64,000 nt of DNA from Candidatus Gottesmanbacteria bacterium. Lineage in GTDB: Bacteria > Patescibacteriota > Microgenomatia > UBA10105 > UBA927. Positions 19,652-30,299 of this stretch are shown here, piece by piece; within the stretch, counting starts at the first letter, position 1; each line of letters starts with the position of its first letter. The stretch spans positions 8,719 through 72,718 of the forward strand of contig JAUXTO010000025.1 in NCBI GenBank assembly GCA_030679255.1, given 5' to 3'. A program made the translations under genes and the position numbers. The notes below the pieces were generated by a model. It did no database searches, had not been told where the DNA came from, and saw only the letters and a program-made list of their open reading frames with translations.

Positions 19652-20815
19652 TCAATTGCCAACTTTAAACTCCACCACATCCCCATCTTGCATCACATAT
19701 TCTTTTCCTTCACTGCGCACTTTTCCTGCCTCTCTCGCCCCTTTCCAACCTTTAAGCGCCACAAGGTCCGTATACGCGACGACATCGGCCTTGATAAACT
19801 TCTTTTCAAAATCCGTATGGATGACGCCGGCCGCCTGAGGAGCCTTCATCCCACGGGTAATCGTCCACGCGCGTGCCTCGATAGGTCCACAAGTTAAAAA
19901 AGAGATGAGACCAAGCATTTCGTATGCTTTGGCGATCAACCGGTCTAAGCCGGACGCTTCCAAACCCAATTCTTTGAGATACGCCTTTTGCTCATCTTCA
20001 GAGAGACTGGCCAACTCCGTCTCTACCTTGGCACTGATGCCTAGTATGTCATTCCGGCCATCCATGTCATTCCGGGCTTGACCCGGAATCCAGTCTTTTT
20101 TTTCGCTGGATCCCGGCCCGCTTCGACGTAGCGAGGCGAGCGCGGAGGCCGGGACGACAGAATCCGTTGTCAATTGTTGTTCGCTGACATTCGCCACGTA
20201 AAGAACGGGCTTCATAGTCAAAAGCTGCAAATCCCGAACGGCTTTCTGTTCTTCCGGTGGGAATTCGAGTGATGATGCTGGTTTACCGTTATTTAAGATC
20301 TGAAAAAGCCGTTCTAATAGTTCTGGTGGCAGTGCGCTACCATCCTTTTGCCGTTTCCCATTATCTTTTTGCCGTACTATCGTTTGCAAATCAGCCAATA
20401 TGAGTTCGGTCTCAATAATCCCGCGGTCCCGCTCAGGGTTGACGTCCCCGGCTACGTGGACGACGGAAGGATCATCAAAATAACGGATGACGTTGACGAC
20501 CAAGTCAACCTCACGGATATGAGAGAGAAATTTGTTCCCCAACCCTTCACCTTCTGAAGCACCTTTGACGAGTCCGGCAATATCCACAAATTGTACGGTC
20601 GCGTGGGTGAGCGGTGGCTTCACATGCTCTTCTCTCTCCACGAGCGTTGCTAGTGTTTCTAACCTTTTGTCCGGCACGGGAACCACACCGATATTTGGTT
20701 CTATCGTGGTAAACGGGTAATTTGCCGCCTCCGCGACCTGCTTTTTGAGGAGCGCATTAAACAGCGTACTTTTTCCAGCATTAGGAAGACCAACGATCCC
20801 TACTTTTAAATTCAT
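19652..20815 (-). CDS. ychF: Redox-regulated ATPase YchF with in-frame palindrome insertion
   Basis: [21 protein letters not shown] domain. Confidence 0.95.
   Translation of the reverse strand: MNLKVGIVGLPNAGKSTLFNALLKKQVAEAANYPFTTIEPNIGVVPVPDKRLETLATLVEREEHVKPPLTHATVQFVDIAGLVKGASEGEGLGNKFLSHIREVDLVVNVIRYFDDPSVVHVAGDVNPERDRGIIETELILADLQTIVRQKDNGKRQKDGSALPPELLERLFQILNNGKPASSLEFPPEEQKAVRDLQLLTMKPVLYVANVSEQQLTTDSVVPASALASLRRSGPGSSEKKDWIPGQARNDMDGRNDILGISAKVETELASLSEDEQKAYLKELGLEASGLDRLIAKAYEMLGLISFLTCGPIEARAWTITRGMKAPQAAGVIHTDFEKKFIKADVVAYTDLVALKGWKGAREAGKVRSEGKEYVMQDGDVVEFKVGN
20047..20159. repeat. GTCATYCC-type palindromic element with nested second element, in frame in ychF
   Basis: TGTCATTCCGGGCTTGACCCGGAATCCAG...CTGGATCCCGGCC...GGCCGGGACGACA. 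Confidence 0.85.
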
Positions 20816-20896
20816 GTCAAAATTGTATCAGGAAACAGACTAATGGCATAGACTGATGTTGACATTGATCGAATTCTCAGTGTTTAATAGTAGCTA

Positions 20897-21568
20897 ATGC
20901 CTATAAATACGTTAGCTGACTATATTCGTAACGCAAAAAATCAAGGCTTGTCAGATGAAACGATTCTTAAAAACCTTAAATCTGCAGGGTGGAATGATGC
21001 ACAAATTTCCGAAATTTATATACCCTTAACTGCTCATCTTTCACCTCCATCCCCACCGACAGCTTCTACGCAAACGGCGTACAAAACTTCAAGCAACTGG
21101 GATGCATTTGAACACATCCTTCTATTTATCAGCCTGTATGTACTTTATACGTCTCTGGCACTCACTTTACACTTTTTTGTAGATAAATACGTAGTAACCA
21201 ACATAAACAGTACAAACTATGCTTCCATGATACAAAATTTCTATGGTCTATCACTTCTTCGGGGATATTTAGCTGCTCTAATTGTCTCATCTCCTTTATT
21301 TTCATTTTTTTTCCTAAAAGTTACGAAACGGACTCTTGCCCATCCTGAAATACGTAACCTTCCAGCAAGAAAATTCCTGATCTATCTAACTCTCGTCATT
21401 ACTTTTATTGTGTTACTGATAAATGTTATCTCGATTATATTTAATTTCCTTAATGGAAATGTGACGTTTAATTTCGTTTTACACTTTTTTACCACGATAC
21501 TTTTAAGTGCCACTATATTTACCTACTACCTCAATGAAATTAAAGAAGACAGAAAAACTTATGTTTAA
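20897..21568 (+). CDS. Membrane protein (DUF5671-like)
   Basis: AFEHILLFISL, LAALIV, RKFLIYLTL, FLNG; 4 TM. Confidence 0.7.
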   Translation: MPINTLADYIRNAKNQGLSDETILKNLKSAGWNDAQISEIYIPLTAHLSPPSPPTASTQTAYKTSSNWDAFEHILLFISLYVLYTSLALTLHFFVDKYVVTNINSTNYASMIQNFYGLSLLRGYLAALIVSSPLFSFFFLKVTKRTLAHPEIRNLPARKFLIYLTLVITFIVLLINVISIIFNFLNGNVTFNFVLHFFTTILLSATIFTYYLNEIKEDRKTYV

Positions 21569-22595
21569 ACACTATATTGCTATTACGGTCCTCAACATTG
21601 TCGTCTTCTGTAGTATTGTTGCTGGATTTATTATCGGTGGGTCACCCACTGAACTCAAAGACATAGGATACGATACGACCCGAATAAATGCATTTACCCA
21701 AATTTTCTATGCTATAGAAAATTACTATAGAAGCAACAAGGCTATTCCAGAAACCCTAACTTTGTTGAATATCCAAGCTTCGATGCTCAAAGATCCCCAA
21801 ACTAGCAAACTTTATGTCTACACAAAACAAAATAATAGCAAGTACGACTTATGTACCATCTTCTCTACAGATTCTGAAAAAATGAAACAAAAATATACGA
21901 GCACTGCTATGCCTCTATTTGATTATCAGGCTGGAGCCACAGACAATACGCATAAAAAAGGGTATGACTGTATTTCCTATGACATGTCGAAAATAACGTC
22001 AAATATCCCTACACAACAACTACAACAGGATTCGAGGCAACTTGAAAATCAAGCGCTATTTGCTCTCAAAGACGCAACATTTGACGCGACCCCTAGAGAT
22101 GCAATAAATAGGGAAAATGGGTATACCACTTCCGGAAATATAAAACTATTGATCACGACCAAACTATCGAATATCTATGAAATCAAAGATAATTCCAAAG
22201 AGTACCTTGTGGCACTACAAACTACTATCATGTCTGACGGAAATTATGAAGAATTCAAAACAAGATGTTGGAATAAATCCAATAGTAATATATTCGGTTG
22301 TCACTATAATATACAGGACATAGACTTTGTATCCTCTACAGGAAAAAGCCTTCGAAAAAATCGTGAAGGTTCTGCTGACTATACCGTATCAAAAAATTAT
22401 GGAAACCTGTCGACCTATGGAGATTTCTCGAATAACAACAAAGATCTTTTTGGGGGAAGTCTTCTATTTTACGCACCGAAACAAGATTTTACAGATGATG
22501 GAAAACCTGTAAAATTCTATATTAAAAATTTTAACAAGGGCTGGGATACCATTTCTCAACCAAATGATATAGAGATATCCATTCTCATTAAATAA
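21561..22595 (+). CDS. Hypothetical membrane-anchored protein (partner of the DUF5671-like gene)
   Basis: GFIIGGSP...D..R, DPQT...Y.Y, YDLCTIF; AT-rich. Confidence 0.6.
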   Translation: MFKHYIAITVLNIVVFCSIVAGFIIGGSPTELKDIGYDTTRINAFTQIFYAIENYYRSNKAIPETLTLLNIQASMLKDPQTSKLYVYTKQNNSKYDLCTIFSTDSEKMKQKYTSTAMPLFDYQAGATDNTHKKGYDCISYDMSKITSNIPTQQLQQDSRQLENQALFALKDATFDATPRDAINRENGYTTSGNIKLLITTKLSNIYEIKDNSKEYLVALQTTIMSDGNYEEFKTRCWNKSNSNIFGCHYNIQDIDFVSSTGKSLRKNREGSADYTVSKNYGNLSTYGDFSNNNKDLFGGSLLFYAPKQDFTDDGKPVKFYIKNFNKGWDTISQPNDIEISILIK

Positions 22596-22681
22596 ACAAA
22601 TTCCCCAATAGAAGAATGAAAAATAGAAAACGGAAAAATCTAAAAGACGGAGATTTTCTATTATAATGCTACTACAAGGAT

Positions 22682-22831
22682 TCATCCGTCATTGGTACCC
22701 ACTCCTATATTTGGCACAATGGTCGTGAACAGGTAATTAGCCGCCTCGGCGACCTGCTTCTTGAGCAGCGCATTAAACAGTGTACTCTTTCCTGCGTTTG
22801 GTAGCCCGACGATCCCTATGCGTAAGTTCAT
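22682..22831 (-). pseudogene. ychF: Duplicated 5' fragment of ychF (49 codons)
   Basis: [49 protein letters not shown]. Confidence 0.9.
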
Positions 22832-22907
22832 ATCGCGTGTATGTCGCGTGTATTGACTATCTTTTAAATTTTTGCTACTATGTTGTTATCACGATGACTG
22901 GACTAGC

Positions 22908-23441
22908 CTAAGGTTTCGACCGACCGCGAATGCCAGTCTTTTTTTGCTCTAAAGAACCTCGTAACAAATCTATACGCACGATATATTGCTTTTGGTTAAA
23001 TCTGCGAAGCAAACTTGAAAAATGATTTGAGGGTACAAGCACCTTTAATAATTTTCCTTTACTGTCCAAATGTTCTATTAAACAATGAAAATCCCCATCA
23101 CCGCTTATAATTATCGCTTGGTGATAATTTTTGTATTGAATCATCGTATGAAGCACCAGTTCCGCATCCACGTTTCCCTTGATAATCACTTTATCCATAA
23201 CGTGACGATACAATATAGGTTTGAAAATTAGAATATATCCACATTCTTGCAAATACGCGTATAAAGCCTCATTTCCATCTAGATGACCAATAAATAAATA
23301 CGCCTTGGTGATGGCGTATTTGTTACGTAAATATTGACGAAATTTACGCCAATCCAGTTTCCAGCCCTGGGAACGAATCCCTAAATTCAAATTTTGACTA
23401 TCAATGAACGCGTAGTTCGCTACCATTTTCACATTTTTCAT
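22908..23441 (-). CDS. NYN (LabA/DUF88, PIN-like) domain protein
   Basis: FIDSQNL, KGNVDAEL, ISGDGDF. Confidence 0.9.
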   Translation of the reverse strand: MKNVKMVANYAFIDSQNLNLGIRSQGWKLDWRKFRQYLRNKYAITKAYLFIGHLDGNEALYAYLQECGYILIFKPILYRHVMDKVIIKGNVDAELVLHTMIQYKNYHQAIIISGDGDFHCLIEHLDSKGKLLKVLVPSNHFSSLLRRFNQKQYIVRIDLLRGSLEQKKTGIRGRSKP

Positions 23442-23467
23442 TTGATGTCATTATCCCACAAAAAACC

Positions 23468-24322
23468 TCACCGGGCCAGCCTATTGACGCTTGCCCAGTC
23501 TTTATGTCCGCTTCCATGAGACAGTGCGTCCGAGTAGATCTTCAGCACGTCATCAAGGAACGGGACATCCAACTCTGCTGCATATTGCTTGACGTAGGTC
23601 AGATCTTTGACAATCCACTCGATAGAAAACGAAATCGGATCAGCATCGTTGAAATATCGGTCCCGCGCGATTTTAGTTATCACTCCACCCGGACGCTCAA
23701 CGAGCGCTTCTGAAACTTTTTCCAGATCCATATGATGCGCTTTTGCCATCTTCATCGCAGCTCCGAACCCGACGATGTGCAAGGCTTGCATGAAATTCAA
23801 TATCAGCTTGTACCGCATGCCGCGACCAGCCTGCCCGAAGTAAAAAACTTTTTTTGCTATCGCATCAAAAACCGGCTGCAATCCTTTTATGACGGTTGGA
23901 TCACCTCCACAAAGCAAGGTTAACGTCCCGGTTTCCGCACCTATACGACCGCCGGTGAGTGGGATGTCACAGAATTGAAACCCTTGTTGTGCACACAGGG
24001 CAATGAGCTCATCGATCCATTGGACGGATAGTGTCGCGCTGGCAATGAGAATTTTCTTGGCCTCGGCTCCGGCGAGTATGCCGTCCGGGGACTTCCATAC
24101 GGCGCGTGAAGATTCGTCATTGGCCGTCACTTCAAAAATGACATCGGCGCTTGAGGCGACCTCTTTCGGGCTTGCCATCAGTGTGGCTCCCTGTGCGACC
24201 AACTCATCTGCGACTGAAGGAGTTCTATTCCACACGTAAACAGGAAATCCGTGTTTAAGGAAATTGATTGCCATCCCCCGACCCATGATCCCCAACCCAA
24301 CAACGCCAATCTTGAGACTCAT
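23468..24322 (-). CDS. NAD(P)-dependent oxidoreductase (beta-hydroxyacid dehydrogenase family)
   Basis: GLGIMG, VWNRT, DIPLTGG, KLILN. Confidence 0.85.
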   Translation of the reverse strand: MSLKIGVVGLGIMGRGMAINFLKHGFPVYVWNRTPSVADELVAQGATLMASPKEVASSADVIFEVTANDESSRAVWKSPDGILAGAEAKKILIASATLSVQWIDELIALCAQQGFQFCDIPLTGGRIGAETGTLTLLCGGDPTVIKGLQPVFDAIAKKVFYFGQAGRGMRYKLILNFMQALHIVGFGAAMKMAKAHHMDLEKVSEALVERPGGVITKIARDRYFNDADPISFSIEWIVKDLTYVKQYAAELDVPFLDDVLKIYSDALSHGSGHKDWASVNRLAR

Positions 24323-24458
24323 GGGGAAATTGTATCACGGGAAACTATAGTTAGAACATCCTTCATTGTAGTGTTCACCACACCCCGGGGCATGTGATAG
24401 TATTCCATGTCTGTCTAAGAATCTTGACTTATCAATCCTATAGTAGGATAATCCCACA

Positions 24459-25016
24459 ATGAATTATGAAGGACCTATTATTCGAAAATTGGCGTTGGAA
24501 TTGCATAATAACGTTGATTGGAGTACACACCCCTGTCATTTAGGCAACGGAGATTGTTGTGAGGAAAATGTACCAACAGGCGCTTACGATAGACATGTAA
24601 TTTATAATGCAATAAGAACAGGTAACATATCCCAGGTAGTTGTCGCTCAAGCTAAAGAAAGAGCTGCTCAAAATGAGGAATCATGCGGATTTTTTAATCT
24701 AGATACAAGATCTTGTGATGTCTATAATTTTAGACCAGCAAATTGCATTATTGCTGGCACAGGAGGATTTGTTAACGAAAAGTCTCATAATGCAATTGAG
24801 TCGGTATTTAAATACCGCCATACAGGCGAAGACGATGGAGTTGCAATAATGCATATGGGAACATCAATGTGTAGAGGCTGTCACAACAAACTAGCCAAAC
24901 AAGGAAAACGCATACGTGTTGCAATTATTGAAGCGTATTGCACTGTAATTGATGACTATCGTAATAATTCTGCAGAAATTATGAAAATAAATGATTTTAT
25001 TACTGAAATTAAATGA
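24459..25016 (+). CDS. YkgJ-like cysteine cluster protein
   Basis: C..G.GDCC, CGFF...CDVYNFRPANC. Confidence 0.65.
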   Translation: MNYEGPIIRKLALELHNNVDWSTHPCHLGNGDCCEENVPTGAYDRHVIYNAIRTGNISQVVVAQAKERAAQNEESCGFFNLDTRSCDVYNFRPANCIIAGTGGFVNEKSHNAIESVFKYRHTGEDDGVAIMHMGTSMCRGCHNKLAKQGKRIRVAIIEAYCTVIDDYRNNSAEIMKINDFITEIK

Positions 25017-25167
25017 ATACCACCCATGCAGACGCCTACTTCACCAATGATGTCCCCCCACACCCCGAGGTATGTAATCCTCTGTAAACATACACTCGCA
25101 ATCTATCAATTTATCGGCAGAACGACAAAATAAAAGCAAAAAAAAGAGCTGTGATATAATCACAATC

Positions 25168-25488
25168 ATGATCAAAATTCCCAAATCAAATGCCATCGTG
25201 CATGGTCGTAAAGGACTCAAGGCGAGTTATTATCAACTGCCCGACGTGTTAAACGGTATGACTCTAGCCACCGCAACATTTACCAGTGAACATGGACAAA
25301 GTACGATCGGCGACCGGCCAAGAATCTATTATGTTGTAAAAGGAAAAGGGAAATTTATCATTAACGGCGAGACGGTTCTCGCGGCATCCGGCGATGTAAT
25401 CATCATCCCGCCGAAAGCTACCTACAATCTCTGGCCGATAGGGAAAAAAATCGAAATTTTCCTCATCTCCGAACTATTATCATTATGA
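25168..25488 (+). CDS. Cupin domain protein
   Basis: YYVVKGKGKF..NGE....GDVIIIPP. Confidence 0.8.
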   Translation: MIKIPKSNAIVHGRKGLKASYYQLPDVLNGMTLATATFTSEHGQSTIGDRPRIYYVVKGKGKFIINGETVLAASGDVIIIPPKATYNLWPIGKKIEIFLISELLSL

Positions 25489-26004
25489 ACGTCATCCTTC
25501 GGATGGTCACCTCCCTCAACGGCATCATTGCCAGAATCCATAATGAGGAAGATTTCATTTCCCATGATAGTTGGCTCGTATGGCTTGAAAGCGCCCGGGC
25601 AAACGGCTGTGTCATTTACGGGAGAAAAAACCTATGAAATTATCAAAACGTGGGGGCAGGAGTATTTAGACGATCTCAAGGGTATAAAGGTCATCATTGT
25701 TTCTACGAATAATAAATTCGAGGTCGGAGAGGGTTTTACGCTCGCGCAGTCACCTCAAGACGCGTTGGCGCAAGCGCGACACTTTGGCGTCAAATGCGTG
25801 ACGTTAACCGGCGGCTCTCACATAAACAGTTCTTTCGCGAAGCTCGGCCTCATTGATGAAGTCATTCTCAATGTAGAGCCCGTCATCATCGGCGAAGGAA
25901 TCCCGCTCTTTGCGCCAACTTTTTTTGATCTGAAATTAGAATTATTATCGATGACTCAGTCAAAAGGAAAAACAATCCAACTCCACTACAAAGTGGTGAA
26001 ATAA
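25485..26004 (+). pseudogene. Dihydrofolate reductase/RibD C-terminal family protein, frameshifted
   Basis: MNVILRMVTSLNGIIA...YGRK then one extra A in the A6 run at 25625-25630; continues TYE...GGSHIN..LIDE..GEGIPLF. Confidence 0.8.
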
Positions 26005-26010
26005 GAAGAT

Positions 26011-26271
26011 TTAATAAATATTTCCCCGGTAATCTATTTTCCGTACCCAAATCTCTTTTTGTTTTTCTAACACTTCAAATAGGGCGCGGACACTCCCGGA
26101 TCGTAAGCGATAAAACCCAGGTGTGCCGACGATCTTTTTAATATCAAGATTCTTGGAAAAGGGAACCGTCAATTGTTGTAATCTACGAAGGATGTTTTTT
26201 GTATCGTAAGAAGCCAAACGGGCGAGATTCTTCTCCGCCTGCTTCGTGAACAATACATTGTATGCATTCAT
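26011..26271 (-). CDS. RelE/ParE family toxin
   Basis: FTKQAEKNL, YRLRSGSVR, RGNIY. Confidence 0.85.
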   Translation of the reverse strand: MNAYNVLFTKQAEKNLARLASYDTKNILRRLQQLTVPFSKNLDIKKIVGTPGFYRLRSGSVRALFEVLEKQKEIWVRKIDYRGNIY

Positions 26272-26538
26272 TTATTGATACTTTTTTACAATATTTCGTA
26301 ATGGAATCCCAACACCGCGGTCCTCTTCTGCCAATTCAGCAGCATCCTGTTCGTCCGTACGGTCTTCTGCCAGTTCACGAAGCCTCGCAAATTCACGCAA
26401 TGACAACATGACAGCCCGTGGGTCGGAATGTTGAAAAAGATACACAAATCCGAGTGAGTCCACGTCAGATAAAACCTTAAGAGGATCTTCCCGAAGATCG
26501 GTAATATTTTTGGTGTTTTGACGGGTTGGTAATAACAT
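26272..26538 (-). CDS. Phd/YefM-like antitoxin
   Basis: ITDLRE, PRAVMLS, acidic C-terminus; upstream of toxin. Confidence 0.75.
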   Translation of the reverse strand: MLLPTRQNTKNITDLREDPLKVLSDVDSLGFVYLFQHSDPRAVMLSLREFARLRELAEDRTDEQDAAELAEEDRGVGIPLRNIVKKYQ

Positions 26539-26569
26539 AAGGTTATTATGTATAAAAACCTAAGGTTTG

Positions 26570-27250
26570 TCAAGAGGCATCCAGTAGCGAAATAACATCC
26601 TTCATTTTTTCCGCAGTGATATCCGCTCCCCTCTGCTCATACCCCACCGGCAAATGCTGCCGGTAGCCGATGGTAAATAATTCAGCGGCTTTGGCAGAGA
26701 CAATTCCAGGATTGGAATCTTCAAGCGCGACGCTTTGTTTGGAATCGGCATGAAGAATTTTCAATAAATGGAGATATCCATCCGGTGCGGGTTTAGGTCG
26801 CAGTTCCTTATGAGCATTGAGGGATAACACCATAGTGAGGTTCTTCCGCCATGACAAACGACACAACACCTGCTCAATCCAATGCATCGGAGAGGAAGAA
26901 AGCAGGACGATTTGCCAGTCATGCGTTACGAGGTAGTCAACAAGCATGTCAACTCCTTCACTAATGCTACAGCGGTTATAGACGCGCATCGCCGCTTCAT
27001 CAGACTTCTTGTTATATTGATCGTGGGTTATCTTTGATCCCAAGGACTTGGCCTTTTGATAAATGTCTTCAATAGATACCCCGACCATGTCCCCGATCGC
27101 CAACGCAATGTCTTTCCCAAATAGCTTCACATAAAAATCCGCCTCGTCCTCAATCCATGATTTTTCGCTCGCGACAAGGACCCCGTCCATATCAAAGACA
27201 AATAATCGTTTTTTGGTCACACAATGCATTGTATCACGCGCGATGAACAC
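26570..27250 (-). CDS. HAD family phosphatase
   Basis: FDMDGVL, KPAPD, EDSNPGI. Confidence 0.9.
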   Translation of the reverse strand: MFIARDTMHCVTKKRLFVFDMDGVLVASEKSWIEDEADFYVKLFGKDIALAIGDMVGVSIEDIYQKAKSLGSKITHDQYNKKSDEAAMRVYNRCSISEGVDMLVDYLVTHDWQIVLLSSSPMHWIEQVLCRLSWRKNLTMVLSLNAHKELRPKPAPDGYLHLLKILHADSKQSVALEDSNPGIVSAKAAELFTIGYRQHLPVGYEQRGADITAEKMKDVISLLDAS

Positions 27251-27294
27251 ACCGTATTGACATATAATTATATGTATAGTAATATGTTCATCAT

Positions 27295-27576
27295 ATGAAT
27301 ACCATTCCCGTCATCGCAACGGTAGCCGATCTCCAACGTCGATACCGGCCGCTTGTCGATGAATTGAAAGAAACCGGTGAACCCTTGGTCATAGTAAACC
27401 ACGGCGAGCCAGATATAGTCATCTTAGACCCGACTGTCTACAACGCGCAGGTTCACCGACTAAAGGAAATTGAAGAGGCCTATCTCCTCGTCACTCGCGA
27501 CAGAGCACTCGAGGAATACAAAAAAGGGAAGACGATAAAACTTGGCAAGAGTCAAAAGCTCATCGACCTACTGTGA
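27295..27576 (+). CDS. Phd/YefM family antitoxin
   Basis: TVADLQR, GEPLVIVNHGEP; TTGACA..TAATAT promoter upstream. Confidence 0.8.
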   Translation: MNTIPVIATVADLQRRYRPLVDELKETGEPLVIVNHGEPDIVILDPTVYNAQVHRLKEIEEAYLLVTRDRALEEYKKGKTIKLGKSQKLIDLL

Positions 27577-27579
27577 GAT

Positions 27580-27840
27580 ATGGATGTTGAACTATCGTCT
27601 AACTTTCTCAAACGCGCACGCCGATTGTCCGCGAAAGAAAAAGGAAAGCTCTCCGAATCTACTGAGTGGTTCCGGCGCGATCCTCATGATCCCCGACTCA
27701 AAACCCACGCGCTCACTGGTAAACTCAAAGGAATCTACTCCTTCTCCGTGACCTATGGGAAACGGGTAACGTATATGCGGGTAGACGAGCATACTGCCCT
27801 CTTCACCGACGTCGGATCGCATGAGGATGTATATCGATAA
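27580..27840 (+). CDS. RelE/YafQ family mRNA interferase toxin
   Basis: LKTHALTGKL, DVGSHEDVY. Confidence 0.85.
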   Translation: MDVELSSNFLKRARRLSAKEKGKLSESTEWFRRDPHDPRLKTHALTGKLKGIYSFSVTYGKRVTYMRVDEHTALFTDVGSHEDVYR

Positions 27841-27894
27841 ACCCCAAAAAAAATTCACTTGACAGAAAATCGTCCTCGTGGAACAATGGAGACA

Positions 27895-28311
27895 ATGAAA
27901 AAGAAACCGGTAAATAATAGTTTTTTCATTTTTTTTGGCAGTGTCGCGTTCATCGTGACAGCGGTCGTCGCAACGGCAATCCTCAACCGCACGAGCACTA
28001 CTACAACCTCCCAGGATGTCCGTGCCCGGGCAAGTGTCACATCGCTCATGCGTCTGACGGCAATTGTCGAGTCTATCGATGAATCAAAAAGTTTGGTCAT
28101 CGTCAATGGATTACAGTTTATGGGAAGTACACCCGAGGGGCTGCAGAGCGTCGCAAGAAATACGGGAGGCCTTTGGACCGTAACGATTTCGGCAGGTGTC
28201 AATCTTGGTACACTTCGCCCCGGGTCCCGCGTAGAACTTCAAGTTAACCCGTCGTCGTTTAATATAGCACAGAAAAGTTTAACAGCTGCCGCCATTACTG
28301 TTTCGCGCTGA
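27895..28311 (+). CDS. Membrane-anchored hypothetical protein
   Basis: N-terminal TM then QDVRARA motif. Confidence 0.6.
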   Translation: MKKKPVNNSFFIFFGSVAFIVTAVVATAILNRTSTTTTSQDVRARASVTSLMRLTAIVESIDESKSLVIVNGLQFMGSTPEGLQSVARNTGGLWTVTISAGVNLGTLRPGSRVELQVNPSSFNIAQKSLTAAAITVSR

Positions 28312-29740
28312 TCCGTACTCCTTCCGGTGTATCTTCGATCATGTAGCCTTTCTCTTTAATTATTTTTCTCACCGCATCGGCATCTCCAAACTTTTTCTCC
28401 CGACGATATTCTTCACGCTGATCCGATAGATTTTGAATTTCTTCCGGAATTTTTTCCTGAGTCCTACGTCCTACATCCTGAGTCAATCTCAGTCCCAACG
28501 CTTCGTCAAAATCCAAAAGCAGATCATACTTATCGGTACTAGGAATATTGGACTTCGCGACTTCCCACGCGACGGCCAACGCTTGGGGCATATTAAGATC
28601 GTTCCCGAGCGCCTGATCAAACTTCTGTCGAAAACCATCCACCTTTTCCAATTTTTCATTTGATAATGTATTTCGATTGGAAATTGGAAATTGGAAATTG
28701 GACATTGCGGCGCGAAGCTCTCCTAATGCGTTCTGCGCGCCGGATAGCGCTTCCCACGTAAAATTCATAGGTTTTTTATAATGCGCAGTGAAATAAAAGT
28801 ATCGAAGTGCCAACGGATCAAATCCTTTGGCGATTACATCGTCAACCGATACGATGTTTGCCAAGGATTTACTCATTTTCGTGCCATCAATCATCAGGTG
28901 TCCGTGATGGATCCAGAACCGCACAAATTGTTTACCCGTCGCCCCTTCACTTTGTGCAATTTCATTGGGGTGATGGACGGCCATGTGTTCCGTGCCGCCG
29001 GTATGGATGTCGATTGTATCCCCCAGATACTTCATCGCCATCGCCGAACACTCAATATGCCACCCCGGGAATCCATCGCCTTTACCCTGACGTCCCGGAA
29101 TGGGAAACGGGCTCTCCCAGTGCATGACGTGATCCGCAAACCGGCCAACGCGTTTGAACCAAAGCACAAAATCCGCGGGATGCTTCTTTGCTTCGCCGGT
29201 GTTAATATCATCGCGTACCGCTACATTTTTCTCCTCAAGTTTTTGGCCAAATAATGAGCCGTATCCGGGAAACTTCGTCACGTCAAAGTACACCGCTTCC
29301 GGCGTATCGTAGGCGATGCCCTTTGCCAATAGTTTTTCGATGAGAGCAATCTGTTCAGGCACATGCTCAGTTGCCTTACATATTACGGTGGGGCGAAGAA
29401 TGCCCAGCTTATCCATCGAATCGTAAAAATTTTTGGTAAAAAACTCCGCTACCTCCCACACGGTCTTCCCTGTTTTCTTCGCTCCCTTTTCCAGCTTGTC
29501 CTCTCCCTCATCCGCGTCGCTTACCAAATGCCCTACATCCGTCACGTTTTGGACGTGGGTCACGTCATACCCGAACCGCGTGAGCACGCGACGTAGAATA
29601 TCATCACCCACATACTTTCTCCCGTGCCCGATATGAGTATAATCATAGACCGTCTGACCGCACGTATAGAACCCTACCTTTGGAGGGTGGAGAGGAACAA
29701 ATTCTTCAAGCTTTTTCGTAAGCGAGTTATAAAGTTTCAT
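28295..29740 (-). CDS. cysS: Cysteinyl-tRNA synthetase
   Basis: CGQTVY..HIGH, PGWHIEC, KMSKS. Confidence 0.97.
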   Translation of the reverse strand: MKLYNSLTKKLEEFVPLHPPKVGFYTCGQTVYDYTHIGHGRKYVGDDILRRVLTRFGYDVTHVQNVTDVGHLVSDADEGEDKLEKGAKKTGKTVWEVAEFFTKNFYDSMDKLGILRPTVICKATEHVPEQIALIEKLLAKGIAYDTPEAVYFDVTKFPGYGSLFGQKLEEKNVAVRDDINTGEAKKHPADFVLWFKRVGRFADHVMHWESPFPIPGRQGKGDGFPGWHIECSAMAMKYLGDTIDIHTGGTEHMAVHHPNEIAQSEGATGKQFVRFWIHHGHLMIDGTKMSKSLANIVSVDDVIAKGFDPLALRYFYFTAHYKKPMNFTWEALSGAQNALGELRAAMSNFQFPISNRNTLSNEKLEKVDGFRQKFDQALGNDLNMPQALAVAWEVAKSNIPSTDKYDLLLDFDEALGLRLTQDVGRRTQEKIPEEIQNLSDQREEYRREKKFGDADAVRKIIKEKGYMIEDTPEGVRISAKQ

Positions 29741-29800
29741 AATTATATTCTTGCTCCATTCTATCACGGAACGAACGAATCACCATCAACAATTGATGCA

Positions 29801-30067
29801 CTAATTTTTGTCACTCGTATCTGTCAGGTCAAGATTGTCTCCAAGCAACACTTCATCACGAAATACCCATGCGTGATAATGACAAAGAACCTCTTTCGCT
29901 GCTTCCTCACTGACTTCTCCCGTCTCATCAAGAATGTCCATATCATGCACATCTTTCACATGTCGCACGGCATTATTCCAACGATACAAAACTATCGGAG
30001 ATGGATTCACCAAATCACCATAAGCCTCAAGTATTTGAGCTGCCATGAGCTCTTTGTGTTTCGACAT
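29801..30067 (-). CDS. Hypothetical protein
   Basis: GGAGG SD before MSKHKELM; 88 aa. Confidence 0.5.
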   Translation of the reverse strand: MSKHKELMAAQILEAYGDLVNPSPIVLYRWNNAVRHVKDVHDMDILDETGEVSEEAAKEVLCHYHAWVFRDEVLLGDNLDLTDTSDKN

Positions 30068-30262
30068 AGTTCCTCCCGCCCGTTCCACAAAAAAACCCGC
30101 CGATTGGCGGGTTCGTCTTGTGATCCTAAGGAAATTATCCCATGAAGCACACAACACAAACTCCCAATCGGGAGGCCGTTGTGCAACAACAAGATACAAC
30201 GTGTTTCATATGATGACATGCATCCTACCATGACTGACAAGATAAAAACAAGAATCAAAAAA

Positions 30263-30299
30263 TCATGCTAATTTCCCTCCGGTCGGGAGTAGATTAGCA
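30263..30299. repeat. Palindromic direct repeat 1 (covers the PaaX-like stop codon)
   Basis: 27/30 identical to 31124-31153. Confidence 0.85.
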
